Numbered from the stretch's first letter, positions 22,106 to 33,117 are shown. The stretch: DNA of 64,000 nucleotides from an uncultured Chloroflexia bacterium (GCA_963728205.1 CAVSIV010000006.1:1088001-1152000), one strand, 5' to 3'. Translations and numbers: made by a program. The notes: a model not told the origin generated them from the sequence alone.

Positions 22106-23710
22106 GTGCCGCCCGCGGAAACGGAGGTTGAGATTGACGTGCACGACGAGACCGCTCTCCTGATCGATGTGCTCCCGTCCCGGGTCGCCGGCGCCGTCCG
22201 CGAGCGCGGCGACGACGGCCTGATCGAGGTCATCCTCGACCTCGGCCGCGTCCCGACCGCTCGCTACATGAGCGGCGAGGTTGTGCTGGGCGAGCAGGAG
22301 GTCAGCGAGCAGGAGATCGAGCAGGTGGTCGCTCGCGTGTCGCAGTTCGGCGCGGACAACCGCGCCGGCATCCCTCGCACGCTGCACCGGATCTCCGCGA
22401 TCCGCAACCGCGCCGGCCGCATTGTCGGGCTGACGTGCCGCCTCGGGCGCAGCGTCTCGGGCTCGAGCAACGTCGTGCGGGACTTCATCGAGTCCGGCCG
22501 CAGCATCCTGCTGCTCGGCGCCCCGGGCGTCGGCAAGACGACGATGCTGCGCGACGTCGCGCGCATGCTCGCCGACGAGTTCGGCAAGCGCGTCGTGATC
22601 GTCGATACGTCGAACGAGATCGGCGGGGACGGCGACGTCCCGCACCCCGGCATCGGCCGCGCGCGGCGCATGCAGGTCGCGCGGCCCGACGTGCAGCACG
22701 AGGTGATGATCGAGGCGGTCGAGAACCACACGCCCGAGGTGATCGTGATCGACGAGATCGGCACCGCGCAGGAGGCCGACGCCGCGCGCACGATCGCCGA
22801 GCGCGGCGTGCAACTGGTGGGCACGGCGCACGGGAACCAGCTGTCGAACCTGATGCAGAACCCGACGCTGTCCGACCTGATCGGCGGCATCGAGTCGGTG
22901 ACGCTGTCCGACGAGGAGGCGCGCCGGCGCGGCACGCAGAAGACGGTGCTGGAGCGCCGCAACCCGCCGACGTTCGACACGCTCGTCGAGATCCAGTCGT
23001 TCTCGCGGGTCGCGGTGCACGAGGACGTGGCCAGCACGGTCGACGCGCTGCTGCGCGGCTACGAGGCCGAGGCGGAGGTGCGCGTCGTCGGCGACGGCGG
23101 CGACGTCGCGGTCGTCGAGCGGCTGCCGCTGGAGCCGGACATCGACGAGCCGCTGCGGTTCCACGACGAGCCGCGCCGGGCGCGCGAGGTGCCGCCGGCG
23201 CCGGCCGGTCCGCAGAAGCGCATCCTCCCGTTCGGGATCAGCCGCTCGCGGCTCGAGGCCGCGATCGAGGGCACGCGATCGGCAGCGACGATCGTCGACA
23301 GCGTGCGCGAGGCGGACGCGGTGATGACGCTGCGCCCGTACTACCGCCGCCGCAGCGGCCCGCTGAAGCAGGCCGAGGAGCGCGGCATCCCGGTGTATGT
23401 GCTGCGCAACAACACAACCTCGCAGATGGAGCGCCAGCTGATGGCCCTGCGCGGTGAGGGCGACGTCGAGGACGCGATGACCGCGGCGATGCGCGAGACC
23501 GAGGAGGCGATCGCGACGGTGACCTTTCGCGGCGCCGCGAGCGTGGAGTTGACGCCGCAGAACGCGTACATCCGCCGGCTGCAGCACGAGCTCGCGACGC
23601 GGCACGGGCTGCGCTCGGTGTCGAAGGGCCGCGAGCCGTTCCGGCGCGTGACGGTGCTTGCGAACGGGGCGCCGGTGGGCGTGCCGTGGGGCGAAGCGCA
23701 GCACCGGTGA
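22106..23710 (+). CDS. Ycf45/SpoIIIAA-like AAA ATPase with C-terminal R3H domain
   Basis: [37 protein letters not shown] and YIRRLQH. Confidence 0.9.
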   Translation: MPPAETEVEIDVHDETALLIDVLPSRVAGAVRERGDDGLIEVILDLGRVPTARYMSGEVVLGEQEVSEQEIEQVVARVSQFGADNRAGIPRTLHRISAIRNRAGRIVGLTCRLGRSVSGSSNVVRDFIESGRSILLLGAPGVGKTTMLRDVARMLADEFGKRVVIVDTSNEIGGDGDVPHPGIGRARRMQVARPDVQHEVMIEAVENHTPEVIVIDEIGTAQEADAARTIAERGVQLVGTAHGNQLSNLMQNPTLSDLIGGIESVTLSDEEARRRGTQKTVLERRNPPTFDTLVEIQSFSRVAVHEDVASTVDALLRGYEAEAEVRVVGDGGDVAVVERLPLEPDIDEPLRFHDEPRRAREVPPAPAGPQKRILPFGISRSRLEAAIEGTRSAATIVDSVREADAVMTLRPYYRRRSGPLKQAEERGIPVYVLRNNTTSQMERQLMALRGEGDVEDAMTAAMRETEEAIATVTFRGAASVELTPQNAYIRRLQHELATRHGLRSVSKGREPFRRVTVLANGAPVGVPWGEAQHR

Positions 23711-24354
23711 GCGGCGAGCCCGCCGTGGGGCCGCCCGGCGCCTTCGTCACGCTCGAGGGCGGCGAGGGTGCCGGCAAGTCCACCCAGCTCGAGGCGATCA
23801 CGCGGCTCGCCGCCGGTGCGGGACACGAAGTCGTGACGTGCCGCGAGCCGGGCGGCACGCCGCTCGGCGAGGCGCTGCGCGACGTGCTCTTCGCCGACCG
23901 CGGCGACCCGCCGACGCCGTTCGCCGAGCTGTTGATCTTCGGCGCGGCGCGGGCGCAGCTCGTCGCGGAGGTGATCCGTCCGGCGCTGGCGCGCGGCGCA
24001 CTCGTGCTCTGCGACCGCTACGCCGACTCCACCGTCGCCTACCAGCACCACGGCCGCGGACTCGACGCCGCGCGCGTGCGCGCGGTCAACGACGTCGCGA
24101 CCGACGGCCTGTGGCCGGACCTCACCGTGCTGCTGGACCTCGATCCGAAGGATGGCTTCGCGCGCGGTGAGCGCGGCGGCGACTACCTCGAGCGCGAGAC
24201 GCTCGCGTTCCACCGCCGCGTGCGCGCGGGGTTCCTGGAGCTGGCGGCGGCGGAGCCCCGGCGATGGCTCGTCCTGGATGCGACGAAGCCCGCGATGCAG
24301 ATCACACACGCCGCGTGGTCGCGCATCGACACGCTGCTGCGCGCGCGCGCGTGA
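23707..24354 (+). CDS. tmk: thymidylate kinase
   Basis: [20 protein letters not shown] and [12 protein letters not shown]. Confidence 0.96.
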   Translation: MSGEPAVGPPGAFVTLEGGEGAGKSTQLEAITRLAAGAGHEVVTCREPGGTPLGEALRDVLFADRGDPPTPFAELLIFGAARAQLVAEVIRPALARGALVLCDRYADSTVAYQHHGRGLDAARVRAVNDVATDGLWPDLTVLLDLDPKDGFARGERGGDYLERETLAFHRRVRAGFLELAAAEPRRWLVLDATKPAMQITHAAWSRIDTLLRARA

Positions 24355-24561
24355 GCGCGGACGCAGTCCAACCTGCCCGCCGATCCTCCCGCGACACGCC
24401 CGCCGCCGGGCCGCTCACCCCGGTCTCGCCGTGACCGAGGTCGGCGGCTCGCGGCGGCTCGATGCCATCGAGAGGAACGGCGCGCCGCAGCTGGCGCCAC
24501 GACCGCGCCCCTGAGCGGGCGCGCGTGACGGCGCTCCTATCCTCGATCCGAGGGGGTGCCC

Positions 24562-25509
24562 ATGCCGTCGGCGGAGGAGCGCGAGTCCCCGGTCGCGATC
24601 ATCGCCGCCCTGCTGGGCAACCTCGGCGTCGCGATCGCGAAAGGCATCGCCGCCGTGCTCACCGGCTCCGGCGCGCTGCTCGCCGAGACCGCGCACTCGA
24701 TCGCGGATTCCGTGAACGAGGGTCTCCTGTACTTCGGTGTCCGCCAGAGCGAACGGCCGCCCACGAACGCGCACCCGTTCGGCTTCGGCAAGGAACGCTA
24801 CTTCTGGTCGCTGGTCGTCGCGCTTTCGCTGTTCGTCGCCGGCGGGATCTTCTCGCTGCTCGAGATGTGGGAACGCCTGCACACGAGCCATGAGGTAGGC
24901 GACCCCACCGTCGGGTTTGTGGTGCTCGGAGTCGCGTTGCTGTTCGAGTCCGCTTCGCTGGGGGTTGCGCTGCGCCAGGCGCGCAACCGCGCGCGAGCGA
25001 TGGACGTGACGGTCGCGCGATACGTCCGCGATCACGACGATCCGGCCGTGCGCGTGGTGCTGCTCGAGGACAGTGCGGCGGTGCTGGGACTGGCGTTCGC
25101 CGCGGCAGGGCTTGCGCTCTCCGTGCTCACGGGTAACCACCGCTGGGACGCCATCGCGAGCGGGCTGATCGGCGTCGAGCTGATCGTGGTTGCGCTGTTC
25201 CTCGCCGCGGACGCGCGCGCCTTCCTGATCGGCGAGGCGGCTCCGCAGGCGGTGGAGGACGACATGCGCCAGGTGCTGGAGCGGCACGAGGACGTCGAGC
25301 GCGTGATGCAGCTGCTCACGATGCGGGTGGGCGCGCGCCGCCTGCTTGTGGTTTCGCGCCTTTCCGTTCGCGACGACCTGGCGGGCGGCGAGATCGAGCG
25401 GCTGCTGGTCTCGCTGCGCGGGCATCTCATCGACGAGTTCCCGCGGATCTCGGAGGCGTTCCTCGAGGTGAACCCATCTGCCCGCCGTAGCGGCGGCGCC
25501 CGTCGGTAG
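24562..25509 (+). CDS. cation diffusion facilitator family transporter
   Basis: AETAHSIAD, HPFGFGKERYFW and LLEDSAA. Confidence 0.9.
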   Translation: MPSAEERESPVAIIAALLGNLGVAIAKGIAAVLTGSGALLAETAHSIADSVNEGLLYFGVRQSERPPTNAHPFGFGKERYFWSLVVALSLFVAGGIFSLLEMWERLHTSHEVGDPTVGFVVLGVALLFESASLGVALRQARNRARAMDVTVARYVRDHDDPAVRVVLLEDSAAVLGLAFAAAGLALSVLTGNHRWDAIASGLIGVELIVVALFLAADARAFLIGEAAPQAVEDDMRQVLERHEDVERVMQLLTMRVGARRLLVVSRLSVRDDLAGGEIERLLVSLRGHLIDEFPRISEAFLEVNPSARRSGGARR

Positions 25510-25510
25510 C

Positions 25511-25551
25511 ACGCGACGAGGCCCCGCTCGGGGAGCGGGGCCTCGTTGCGT
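25511..25551. terminator. bidirectional hairpin between convergent genes
   Basis: ACGCGACGAGGCCCCGCTC-GGG-GAGCGGGGCCTCGTTGCGT. Confidence 0.75.
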
Positions 25552-25569
25552 TCGGCCTCGAGCGAGAGC

Positions 25570-26746
25570 CTACGAGACGCGCTCGAAGATGCTCGCGATG
25601 CCCTGGCCGCCGCCGATGCACAGCGAGACGAGGCCGTAGCGGCCGCCGGTGCGCTCGAGCTCGTACATCGTCTTCACGGCCAGGATCGTGCCCGTCGCGC
25701 CGACCGGGTGGCCGAGCGCGATGGCGCCGCCGTTGGGGTTGGTCTTGTCGGCCGGGAGGTCGAGCGCGGTCGAGCAGGCCGCAGCCACCGACGCGAAGGC
25801 TTCGTTCAGCTCGATCACGTCCATGTCGTTGACCGAGAGGTTGGCCTTCTTCATCACGTTCTGGATCGCCGGGATCGGGCCGGAGCCCATGATTCGAGGG
25901 CTCGACGCCGGCCTCGGCGCGCGCGACGAGGCGCATCTTCGGCTTGATGCCCAGCTCGGCGGCCTTCGCGGCGGACATGAGCACCACCGCGGCGGCGCCG
26001 TCGTTGATGCCGGAGGAGTTACCGGCCGTCACGGAGCCGTCGGACTTGAACGCGGGGCGCAGCTTCGCGAGCGCTTCCGGGGACGTCTTGCGCGGGTGCT
26101 CGTCGGTGTCGAAGGTGACGGTCTCGCGGCCCTTCTTAACGTCGATCGGCGCGATCTGGTCCTTGAAGTAGCCGGCCTCGATCGCGGCCGCGGCGCGCTC
26201 CTGCGAGCGGATCGAGTACTCGTCCTGGACGCCGCGGGAGACCTCGTATCGCTCGGCGAGGTTCTCCGCGGTGATGCCCATCGGAATGTTCTCGAACGGG
26301 TCGGTCACCAGGTCCTGCGTGCCGTCCTCGAGGACGCCGTCGCCGTAGCGGTAGCCGTAGCGCGCCTTGCGCACGTAGTACGGCATGAGGCTCATGTTCT
26401 CGGCGCCGCCGGCCACGATGATCTCGGCGTCGCCGGTCTGGATCCAGCGCGCCGCGGTGTTGATCGCCTCGAGGCCGGAGCCGCAGATGCGGTTCACGGT
26501 GTAGGCAGGGGTGCCGATCGGCATGCCGGCCTTCACGGACGCGTGACGGGCGATGTAGCCGTCCTCCGCGACCTGGCCGACGCAGCCCAGGATGACCTGG
26601 TCGATCTGCTCGGGCTTGAGGCCGGCGCGGGCGACCGCCTCCTTGATGACGTGAGCCGCGAGGTCGGAGGCCGGGGTCTCGCTGAGCGAGCCGCCGAATG
26701 CCCCGATCGCCGTACGGCATCCACTGACCAGGACGACATCTTCCAT
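25570..26746 (-). pseudogene. acetyl-CoA acetyltransferase (thiolase); one frameshift near 25892 (possible sequencing error)
   Basis: NRICGSG and TAGNSSGINDGAAA in one frame; MGSGP, NEAFA, GGAIALGHP and CIGGGQG in the next. Confidence 0.88.
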
Positions 26747-26941
26747 GCGAAACCTCCCCCTCCGAGCGGCCCCCGCCTCGGGGAATCGCCGGGTGCGAAC
26801 TGGAACGTAACGTGGCCCGCGCAGTATAGCGGACCACCGGTTGAACCCAACCGGCCGGGACGCGGCGGACGCGCCGCGAGGCCGCGAGGCCGCGACGGCG
26901 CCGGCTCGATCGCCCCTCTGAACGCACCTAGACTGTCGAAC

Positions 26942-27853
26942 ATGTCCCACCGCGCCGTCACCGTGCAGGTCCCCGCGACGTCGGCGAACCTCGGCCCGGG
27001 GTTCGACAGCCTGGGTGTGGCGCTCGACTGGATCGCGCGCATCACCGTGATCGCCACCGACGCTCCGCAGCCGGAGCCCGCCGGACCGATCGAGGCGATG
27101 GCCGCGTCGGCGGCCGCAGCGGTGTACCGGTTCGCCGGGCAGGAGCCGCCGGCCGGGCTGACGGCCACCTACGAGGGCGACATGCCGGTGGGCCGCGGCC
27201 TCGGCACCTCCGCGTCGGCGCGGGTCGCCGGCGTGGTCGCGGCGGACGCCCTGCTGGGCGGCGGGCACACGCTCGAGGAGCTGCTCCCGCTCGCGGTGCA
27301 GCTCGAGGGCCACGGCGACAACGCGACGCCGGCGATGTTCGGCGGCCTCCAGGTGGTGGTCGACGACGACGGCGGCCTTGTGCACCTGCGCGTCGAGACG
27401 CCGGGGGACCTCCGCCTCGCGCTCGTGATCCCCGACTTCGCGATGCCGACGCACGAGTCGCGACAGCGGCTCCCGGAGCGGCTCACGCGCAACCAGGCGG
27501 TGCACAACATCGGCCGCGCCGCGCTGCTCATCGGCGCGCTGACCAGCGGCCGCTATGAGCTGCTCGGGACGGCGACCGAGGACGTGATGCACCAGCCGGC
27601 GCGCGCGTCGCTGTTCCCGGCGATGCTCCCGATCTTCCAGGCGGCGCGCGACGCGGGCGCATACGGCGTCTACCTCTCGGGGGGCGGCTCGACGGTGGCC
27701 GCGTTCACGGACGCCGCGCGCGGCGAGGATGTGGCGGGCGCGATGCGCACCGCAGCGGCGGCGCACGGCCTCACCGCCGACACGCGCGTGTGCGCGATGC
27801 GTGCCGAGGGCGTCTCAGTCGTGGAGAGCGCGAACGAGGAAGCGGCGTCGTGA
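26942..27853 (+). CDS. thrB: homoserine kinase
   Basis: VPATSANLGPGFD, PVGRGLGTS, EGHGDN and LSGGGST. Confidence 0.95.
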   Translation: MSHRAVTVQVPATSANLGPGFDSLGVALDWIARITVIATDAPQPEPAGPIEAMAASAAAAVYRFAGQEPPAGLTATYEGDMPVGRGLGTSASARVAGVVAADALLGGGHTLEELLPLAVQLEGHGDNATPAMFGGLQVVVDDDGGLVHLRVETPGDLRLALVIPDFAMPTHESRQRLPERLTRNQAVHNIGRAALLIGALTSGRYELLGTATEDVMHQPARASLFPAMLPIFQAARDAGAYGVYLSGGGSTVAAFTDAARGEDVAGAMRTAAAAHGLTADTRVCAMRAEGVSVVESANEEAAS

Positions 27854-29097
27854 CGCGGGTCGTGCAGAAGTACGGCGGCTCGTCGGTGGCGACGGCGGCA
27901 CACATCAAACGCGTCGCGCAACGCATCCGCGAGCGTCACGACGCCGGCGACGAGGTCGTCGTGAGCGTCTCCGCCATGGGCGACACGACGGACGACCTGC
28001 TGCAGCTCGCGGGCAAGGTCACGGAACACCCACCGGCGCGCGAGCTCGACGCGCTGCTGTCGACGGGCGAGCTCGTGTCGAGCGCGCTCCTGTCGATGGC
28101 GCTGCACGACCTCGGCGTCGACGCGGTGAGCCTGTCCGGGCCGCAGGCCGGCATCCGTACCGACTCCGTGTACCGCAAGGCGCGGATCGCCGGCATCGAC
28201 ACGTCGCGCATGGAGCGCGAGCTGGCGGCCGGGCGCGTCGTGATCGTCGCCGGCTTCCAGGGGCTCGCCGAGAACCTCGATGTGACGACGCTCGGCCGCG
28301 GCGCGAGCGATACCACCGCCGTCGCGCTGGCGGCCGCGCTGCATGCCAACACGTGCGAGATCTACACGGACGTGGCCGGCGTCTATACAGCCGACCCGCG
28401 TGTATGTCCCGAGGCGCGGCCGCTCGCCGACGTCGGCTACGAGGAGATGCTGGAGATGGCGACGACCGGGGCGCGCGTGATGCACGCGCGGGCGGTCGAA
28501 CTGGGCGCGGTGTACGGCGTCGACATCCTGGTGAAGAGCAGCTTCGACACCGCGGCGCCCGGCACGCTGATCCACAGGGAGACGACGATGGAACTCGGCA
28601 ACAAGGTCCGCGGCATCGCGCACCAGGACCGCATCGCGAAGGTCACGGTACGCGGCGTGCCCGACCGGCCCGGGATCGCGGCGCAGATCTTCGAGCCGCT
28701 CGCGGCCGCGAACGTGTCGGTGGACACGATCGTCCAGAACGCGAGCGTGGAGCAGCTCACCGACCTCACGTTCACGGTCGCTCCGGACGACCTCGGAGCG
28801 GCGCTGGAGGTGATCGAAGGGCTGCGCGCGGAGATCCGCGCATCGGACGTTGTCACGGCGTCGAACCTGGGGACCGTGTCCGTGATCGGGACGGGCATGC
28901 AGAGCGCGCCCGGGTACGCGGCGCAGATGTTCCGAACGCTGTTCGACCACGGCATCAACATCGACATGATCAGCACGTCGGACATCCGCATCACGTGCGT
29001 CGTGGCGTCCGAGCACGTCGCCGACGCCGTGCGTGCGCTCCACGCCGCGTTCGAGCTGGACCGGGCGCCGGAGCAGGTGGGGAACCCCGCGTCGTAG
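27850..29097 (+). CDS. lysC: aspartate kinase (alpha/beta type, two ACT domains)
   Basis: VQKYGGSSV, SAMGDTTD, TTLGRG, DVAGVYTADP and ACT domains. Confidence 0.95.
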   Translation: MTRVVQKYGGSSVATAAHIKRVAQRIRERHDAGDEVVVSVSAMGDTTDDLLQLAGKVTEHPPARELDALLSTGELVSSALLSMALHDLGVDAVSLSGPQAGIRTDSVYRKARIAGIDTSRMERELAAGRVVIVAGFQGLAENLDVTTLGRGASDTTAVALAAALHANTCEIYTDVAGVYTADPRVCPEARPLADVGYEEMLEMATTGARVMHARAVELGAVYGVDILVKSSFDTAAPGTLIHRETTMELGNKVRGIAHQDRIAKVTVRGVPDRPGIAAQIFEPLAAANVSVDTIVQNASVEQLTDLTFTVAPDDLGAALEVIEGLRAEIRASDVVTASNLGTVSVIGTGMQSAPGYAAQMFRTLFDHGINIDMISTSDIRITCVVASEHVADAVRALHAAFELDRAPEQVGNPAS

Positions 29098-29243
29098 GTG
29101 GCGGTCGCGTGCGGGGCCGCCCGGAGGTGTGCTAGTCTGCGCGGGCGGACTCGTACGTCCGTTCGCGCAGATACATAAGCCGATTCGCCGATTGCCGGCC
29201 CACGCTCCGGGTCGCGCGGCGGGTCCCGGGATCCCGGCCGCGC

Positions 29244-32200
29244 ATGTTTACGCACCTGCACACGCACACGGAGTTCTCGCTCCTCGACGGGCTCTCGAAG
29301 ATCCCGGAGCTCGTGGCGCACGCGAAGGCGCTCGGCCAGGAGTCGCTCGCGATCACCGATCACGGGGCGATGTACGGGGCCATCCAGTTCTACCAGGCTG
29401 CGAAGGCCGCCGAGATCAAGCCCATCATCGGGCTCGAGGCCTACGTGTCGCCGGGCTCGCGGTTCGACCGCGACGCGAAGTTGCGCTGGCCGTACCACCT
29501 CACGCTGCTCGCGCAGAACGTCCAGGGCTACCGCAACCTCATGAAGCTGACCAGCGCCTCGCACCTCGAGGGCTTCTACTACCGGCCGCGCATCGACCGC
29601 GAGCTGCTCGAGCAGCACCACGAAGGCCTGATCGCGCTCTCCGCGTGCCCGTCGGGCGAGGTGATGCTCGCGCTGCGCGAGGGGCGCGACGCGGACGCCC
29701 GCAAGGTTGCGGGCTGGTACTCGGACCTCTTCAAGGGCCGCTACTTCGTCGAGCTGCAGGAGCACGGGCAGCAGGAGTTCAGCGCGCTCAACCCGAAGCT
29801 CGTCGAACTGGCGCGCGGGATGGACCTCCCGCTCGTCGTGACCAACGACTCGCACTACACCTTCCCCGAGCAGCACCGCGCGCACGACACCCTGCTGTGC
29901 ATCGGCACGAACAGCACGATCCACGACGAGAAGCGCTTCAAGCTCGACAGCGACTCGTTCTACCTGCGCTCCGAGGACGAGATGCGGGCGCTCTTCCCGG
30001 ACCTGCCCGAGACGGTCGAGAACACGCAGCGCATCGCGGAGATGGTGGACATCAAGCTCGAGTTCGGGCGGACGATGCTGCCGGACCCGGGCGTTCCCGA
30101 GGGCATGACGGCGGCGGAGTACCTGCGGCAGCTCTGCGAAGAAGGGCTGCATCGCCGCTACGGGTCGCCGACGGACGCGCATGTGGAGCGGCTGCGGTAC
30201 GAGCTCGACGTCGTTCGGCAGACCGGCTTCGACGAGTACATGCTCATCGTGCGCGACATCGCGACGTTCGCGAAGACGAATGGCATCCCGATGGGCGTGC
30301 GCGGCTCGGCCGCCGCATCGATCATCCTGTACTGCCTGGGCGTCACCGACATCGAGCCACTGCAGTACGGGCTCGTCTTCGAGCGCTTCCTCAACCCCGA
30401 GCGCATCTCGATGCCGGACGTCGACTTCGACTTCGCGGACGATCGCCGCGAGGCCGTGATCCACTACGCGTCGGAGCGGTACGGCCGCGACCGCGTGGCG
30501 CAGATCTGCACGTTCGGGACGCTCGGCGCGAAGGCCGCGATCCGCGACACCGGGCGCGCGCTCGGCGTGGCGTACGGCGACACGGACCGCATCGCGCGCA
30601 TGATCCCGGACGAGCTGCACATCACGATCGAGCGCGCGCTCGAGACGTCGGCCGAGCTGCAGACCGCCTACGACGCCGAGCCGCAGGTGCGCGACGTGAT
30701 CGACACGGCGCGCAGCCTCGAGGGCGTGGCGCGGCACGCCAGCACGCACGCCGCCGGCGTCGTGATCTCGCGCGACCCGCTGAGCGAGGTCGTGCCCCTC
30801 CAGCGCGCGACGTCCTCAAAAGGCGCGGACGACCAGACGTCGCTGCCCACGACGCAGTACGCGATGGGCGACATCGAGAAGATCGGCCTGCTGAAGCTCG
30901 ACTTCCTGGGCCTCACGAACCTCACGATCCTCGGGAAGGCCATCGAGCTGATTCGCGAGGACCGCGGCGAAGAGCTCGATCTGATGGCGATCCCCGACGG
31001 GGATGCGGCCGCCGCGGAGCTGCTGGCCGCCGGCGAGACGTTCGGCGTGTTCCAGCTGGAGTCGTCCGGCATGCGGCGCTACGTCATGGAACTGAGGCCG
31101 CAGGACATCCGCGAGCTCTCCGCCATGGTCGCCCTGTTCCGCCCGGGGCCGATGGAACACATCCCGCAGTACATCGACGTGAAGCACCACCGGGCGGAGC
31201 CGGTGTACCCGCACGACGACCTCGCCGAGATCCTGGACGAGACCTACGGCGTCATCACCTACCAGGACCAGGTGCTCCAGATCGCGCGGCGCTTCGCCGG
31301 ATACTCGCTCGGCCAGGCCGACGTCATGCGCAAGGCGATGGGCAAGAAGATCGCGTCGGTCATGCTCGAGGAGCGCGACCGCTTCGTGCAGGGCGCGATG
31401 GCGAAGGGCTACGACCAGAAGCTCGCGGAGCGCATCTTCGAGCTGATCGAGCCGTTCGCGGGGTACGCGTTCAACAAGGCACACGCGTTCTCGTACGGGA
31501 CGATCGCCTACCAGACCGCGTACCTGAAGGCGCACTACCCGGTCGAATACATGGCGGCCGTGCTGATGGCCGCCGGCGGATCGCAGGACCGCATCGCGGC
31601 CGCGATTGCGGAGTGCACGCGCCTGCACGTGCCGGTGCTGCCACCCGACGTCAACCATTCCGAGGCGAACTTCAGCATCGAGCGCGCCGACGACGGCAGC
31701 GAGTCGATCCGCTTCGGTCTCGCGCAGATCAAGAACGTCGGCTCGGGCGGCGTGGCGTCGCTCATCGACATCCGCCGTGCGGACGGTCCGTTCGTCTCGC
31801 TGGAGGACTTCGCGCGACGGGTGAACCCGCGCGACGTGAACAAGCGCGTGCTCGAGTCGCTGGCGAAGGCCGGCGCGCTCGACGGCCTCGGCGAGCGGGG
31901 CGGGATCATCGGCGGCGTCGACCGGATGCTGTCGCTTGCGCAGCAGGAGGCCCGGCTGCGCGAGACCGGGCAGTCGAGCATGTTCGACCTGTTCGGGAAC
32001 GAAGTGGACACGCCGCTCCCGGCGCTCGAGCTCCCGGCGATGGACGTCCCGTCCGGCCAGCTGCTCGCGTGGGAGAAGGAACTCCTCGGCACGTACATCT
32101 CGGAGCACCCGTTCAAGCGCGCGGCCGCGAGCCTTGCGCAGTGGGTCACCGCGCAGGCGGCGGAGCTGACGGAGGATCTCTCCGGGCAGGAGGCCGTGAT

Positions 32201-33029
32201 CGCCGGCACCGTGGTGGGCGTGCGGGCGCTCAGCACGCGGCAGGGCAAGCCGTTCGCCGCCGTGATGTTTGAGGACCTGTCGGGGCAGGCTGAGCTCACA
32301 ATCTGGCCCGACGTCTACGAGCAGAACCGGATTCTGCTCGTCGAGGGCAACGTGTTGATGGCGAAGGTGGAGATCCGCACGCGCGGCGATCGCCTCACCA
32401 TCGCCGCGCAGGAGCTCGTGGCGTACGACTACGAGCGCAGCGAGCTGATCGACTTCATGCCTGCGCGCTTCCAGGTGCGCTCCGGCCCCCGCCAGCCGGC
32501 GTGGGCGCGCGGCGCCGGCGGAGGCGGAGGCCGTGGCGGTGGCGGTGGCGGTGGCGGTGGCGGGATGGGACGCGCCGGCCCAATGCACGGCGGCGGTCCA
32601 CGCCCGCCGTCCGGCGGGCCGGGCGGCGGCCCCGGGGGCGGCTCACGCGCGCCGCTGCGCACCGTGGGCGGCACCGAGGCGCGCGTTGCCGAGCCCGTGT
32701 CGCGCTACGCGGCGAGCGCGGACGACGCAACGACCGGTCCGCGCCGCCTGCGCGTCGTCATGGAGGAGACTACCGACGAAGGTGCCGATCTGCGCCGGCT
32801 CCGTCGCATCTGTGCTGTCCTCGACCGCGCCGCCGGCGACGATCTGCCCGTCGAACTCGCCATCAAGCGACGCGACGAGACGCTCGTGAAGCTCCAGCGC
32901 GGCGGCATGGCCCGCGCGAGCGTCGAGCGCGCCGTGCCCGAGCTGCAGGTGCTGCTCGGCGTGCTCGGCGAGGTGCGCGAGGTCGGCAGCGTCGTACCCG
33001 CCGCACCCATGGCCGCGGTCGGCAGTTAG
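29244..33029 (+). CDS. dnaE: DNA polymerase III alpha subunit
   Basis: PHP HLHTHTEFSLLDG, RGSAA, PDVDFD, KLDFLGL, YAFNKAH and OB fold. Confidence 0.98.
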   Translation: MFTHLHTHTEFSLLDGLSKIPELVAHAKALGQESLAITDHGAMYGAIQFYQAAKAAEIKPIIGLEAYVSPGSRFDRDAKLRWPYHLTLLAQNVQGYRNLMKLTSASHLEGFYYRPRIDRELLEQHHEGLIALSACPSGEVMLALREGRDADARKVAGWYSDLFKGRYFVELQEHGQQEFSALNPKLVELARGMDLPLVVTNDSHYTFPEQHRAHDTLLCIGTNSTIHDEKRFKLDSDSFYLRSEDEMRALFPDLPETVENTQRIAEMVDIKLEFGRTMLPDPGVPEGMTAAEYLRQLCEEGLHRRYGSPTDAHVERLRYELDVVRQTGFDEYMLIVRDIATFAKTNGIPMGVRGSAAASIILYCLGVTDIEPLQYGLVFERFLNPERISMPDVDFDFADDRREAVIHYASERYGRDRVAQICTFGTLGAKAAIRDTGRALGVAYGDTDRIARMIPDELHITIERALETSAELQTAYDAEPQVRDVIDTARSLEGVARHASTHAAGVVISRDPLSEVVPLQRATSSKGADDQTSLPTTQYAMGDIEKIGLLKLDFLGLTNLTILGKAIELIREDRGEELDLMAIPDGDAAAAELLAAGETFGVFQLESSGMRRYVMELRPQDIRELSAMVALFRPGPMEHIPQYIDVKHHRAEPVYPHDDLAEILDETYGVITYQDQVLQIARRFAGYSLGQADVMRKAMGKKIASVMLEERDRFVQGAMAKGYDQKLAERIFELIEPFAGYAFNKAHAFSYGTIAYQTAYLKAHYPVEYMAAVLMAAGGSQDRIAAAIAECTRLHVPVLPPDVNHSEANFSIERADDGSESIRFGLAQIKNVGSGGVASLIDIRRADGPFVSLEDFARRVNPRDVNKRVLESLAKAGALDGLGERGGIIGGVDRMLSLAQQEARLRETGQSSMFDLFGNEVDTPLPALELPAMDVPSGQLLAWEKELLGTYISEHPFKRAAASLAQWVTAQAAELTEDLSGQEAVIAGTVVGVRALSTRQGKPFAAVMFEDLSGQAELTIWPDVYEQNRILLVEGNVLMAKVEIRTRGDRLTIAAQELVAYDYERSELIDFMPARFQVRSGPRQPAWARGAGGGGGRGGGGGGGGGGMGRAGPMHGGGPRPPSGGPGGGPGGGSRAPLRTVGGTEARVAEPVSRYAASADDATTGPRRLRVVMEETTDEGADLRRLRRICAVLDRAAGDDLPVELAIKRRDETLVKLQRGGMARASVERAVPELQVLLGVLGEVREVGSVVPAAPMAAVGS
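32534..32563 (+). repeat. (GGT GGC)n poly-Gly coding microsatellite inside dnaE
   Basis: Run of GGCGGT units. Confidence 0.8.
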
Positions 33030-33117
33030 CCGGGACCGCAGCGCACATCAGGTCCCTTGGACCGCTCACACGTGCCGTAGACTTGGGTGCACCGAGCGCT
33101 TCAGCACGAGGTCACTC

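Noticed and set aside
29033-32588. Very long alternative-frame and antisense ORFs here and over dnaK and tuf
   Set aside because: These are Arg/Ala/Pro-rich shadow ORFs expected from high GC3 and few stop codons; they carry no domain motifs.
29244-33029. Intein in dnaE
   Set aside because: The length is explained by the Gly-rich linker; no C/S...HN splice motifs or LAGLIDADG blocks are seen.
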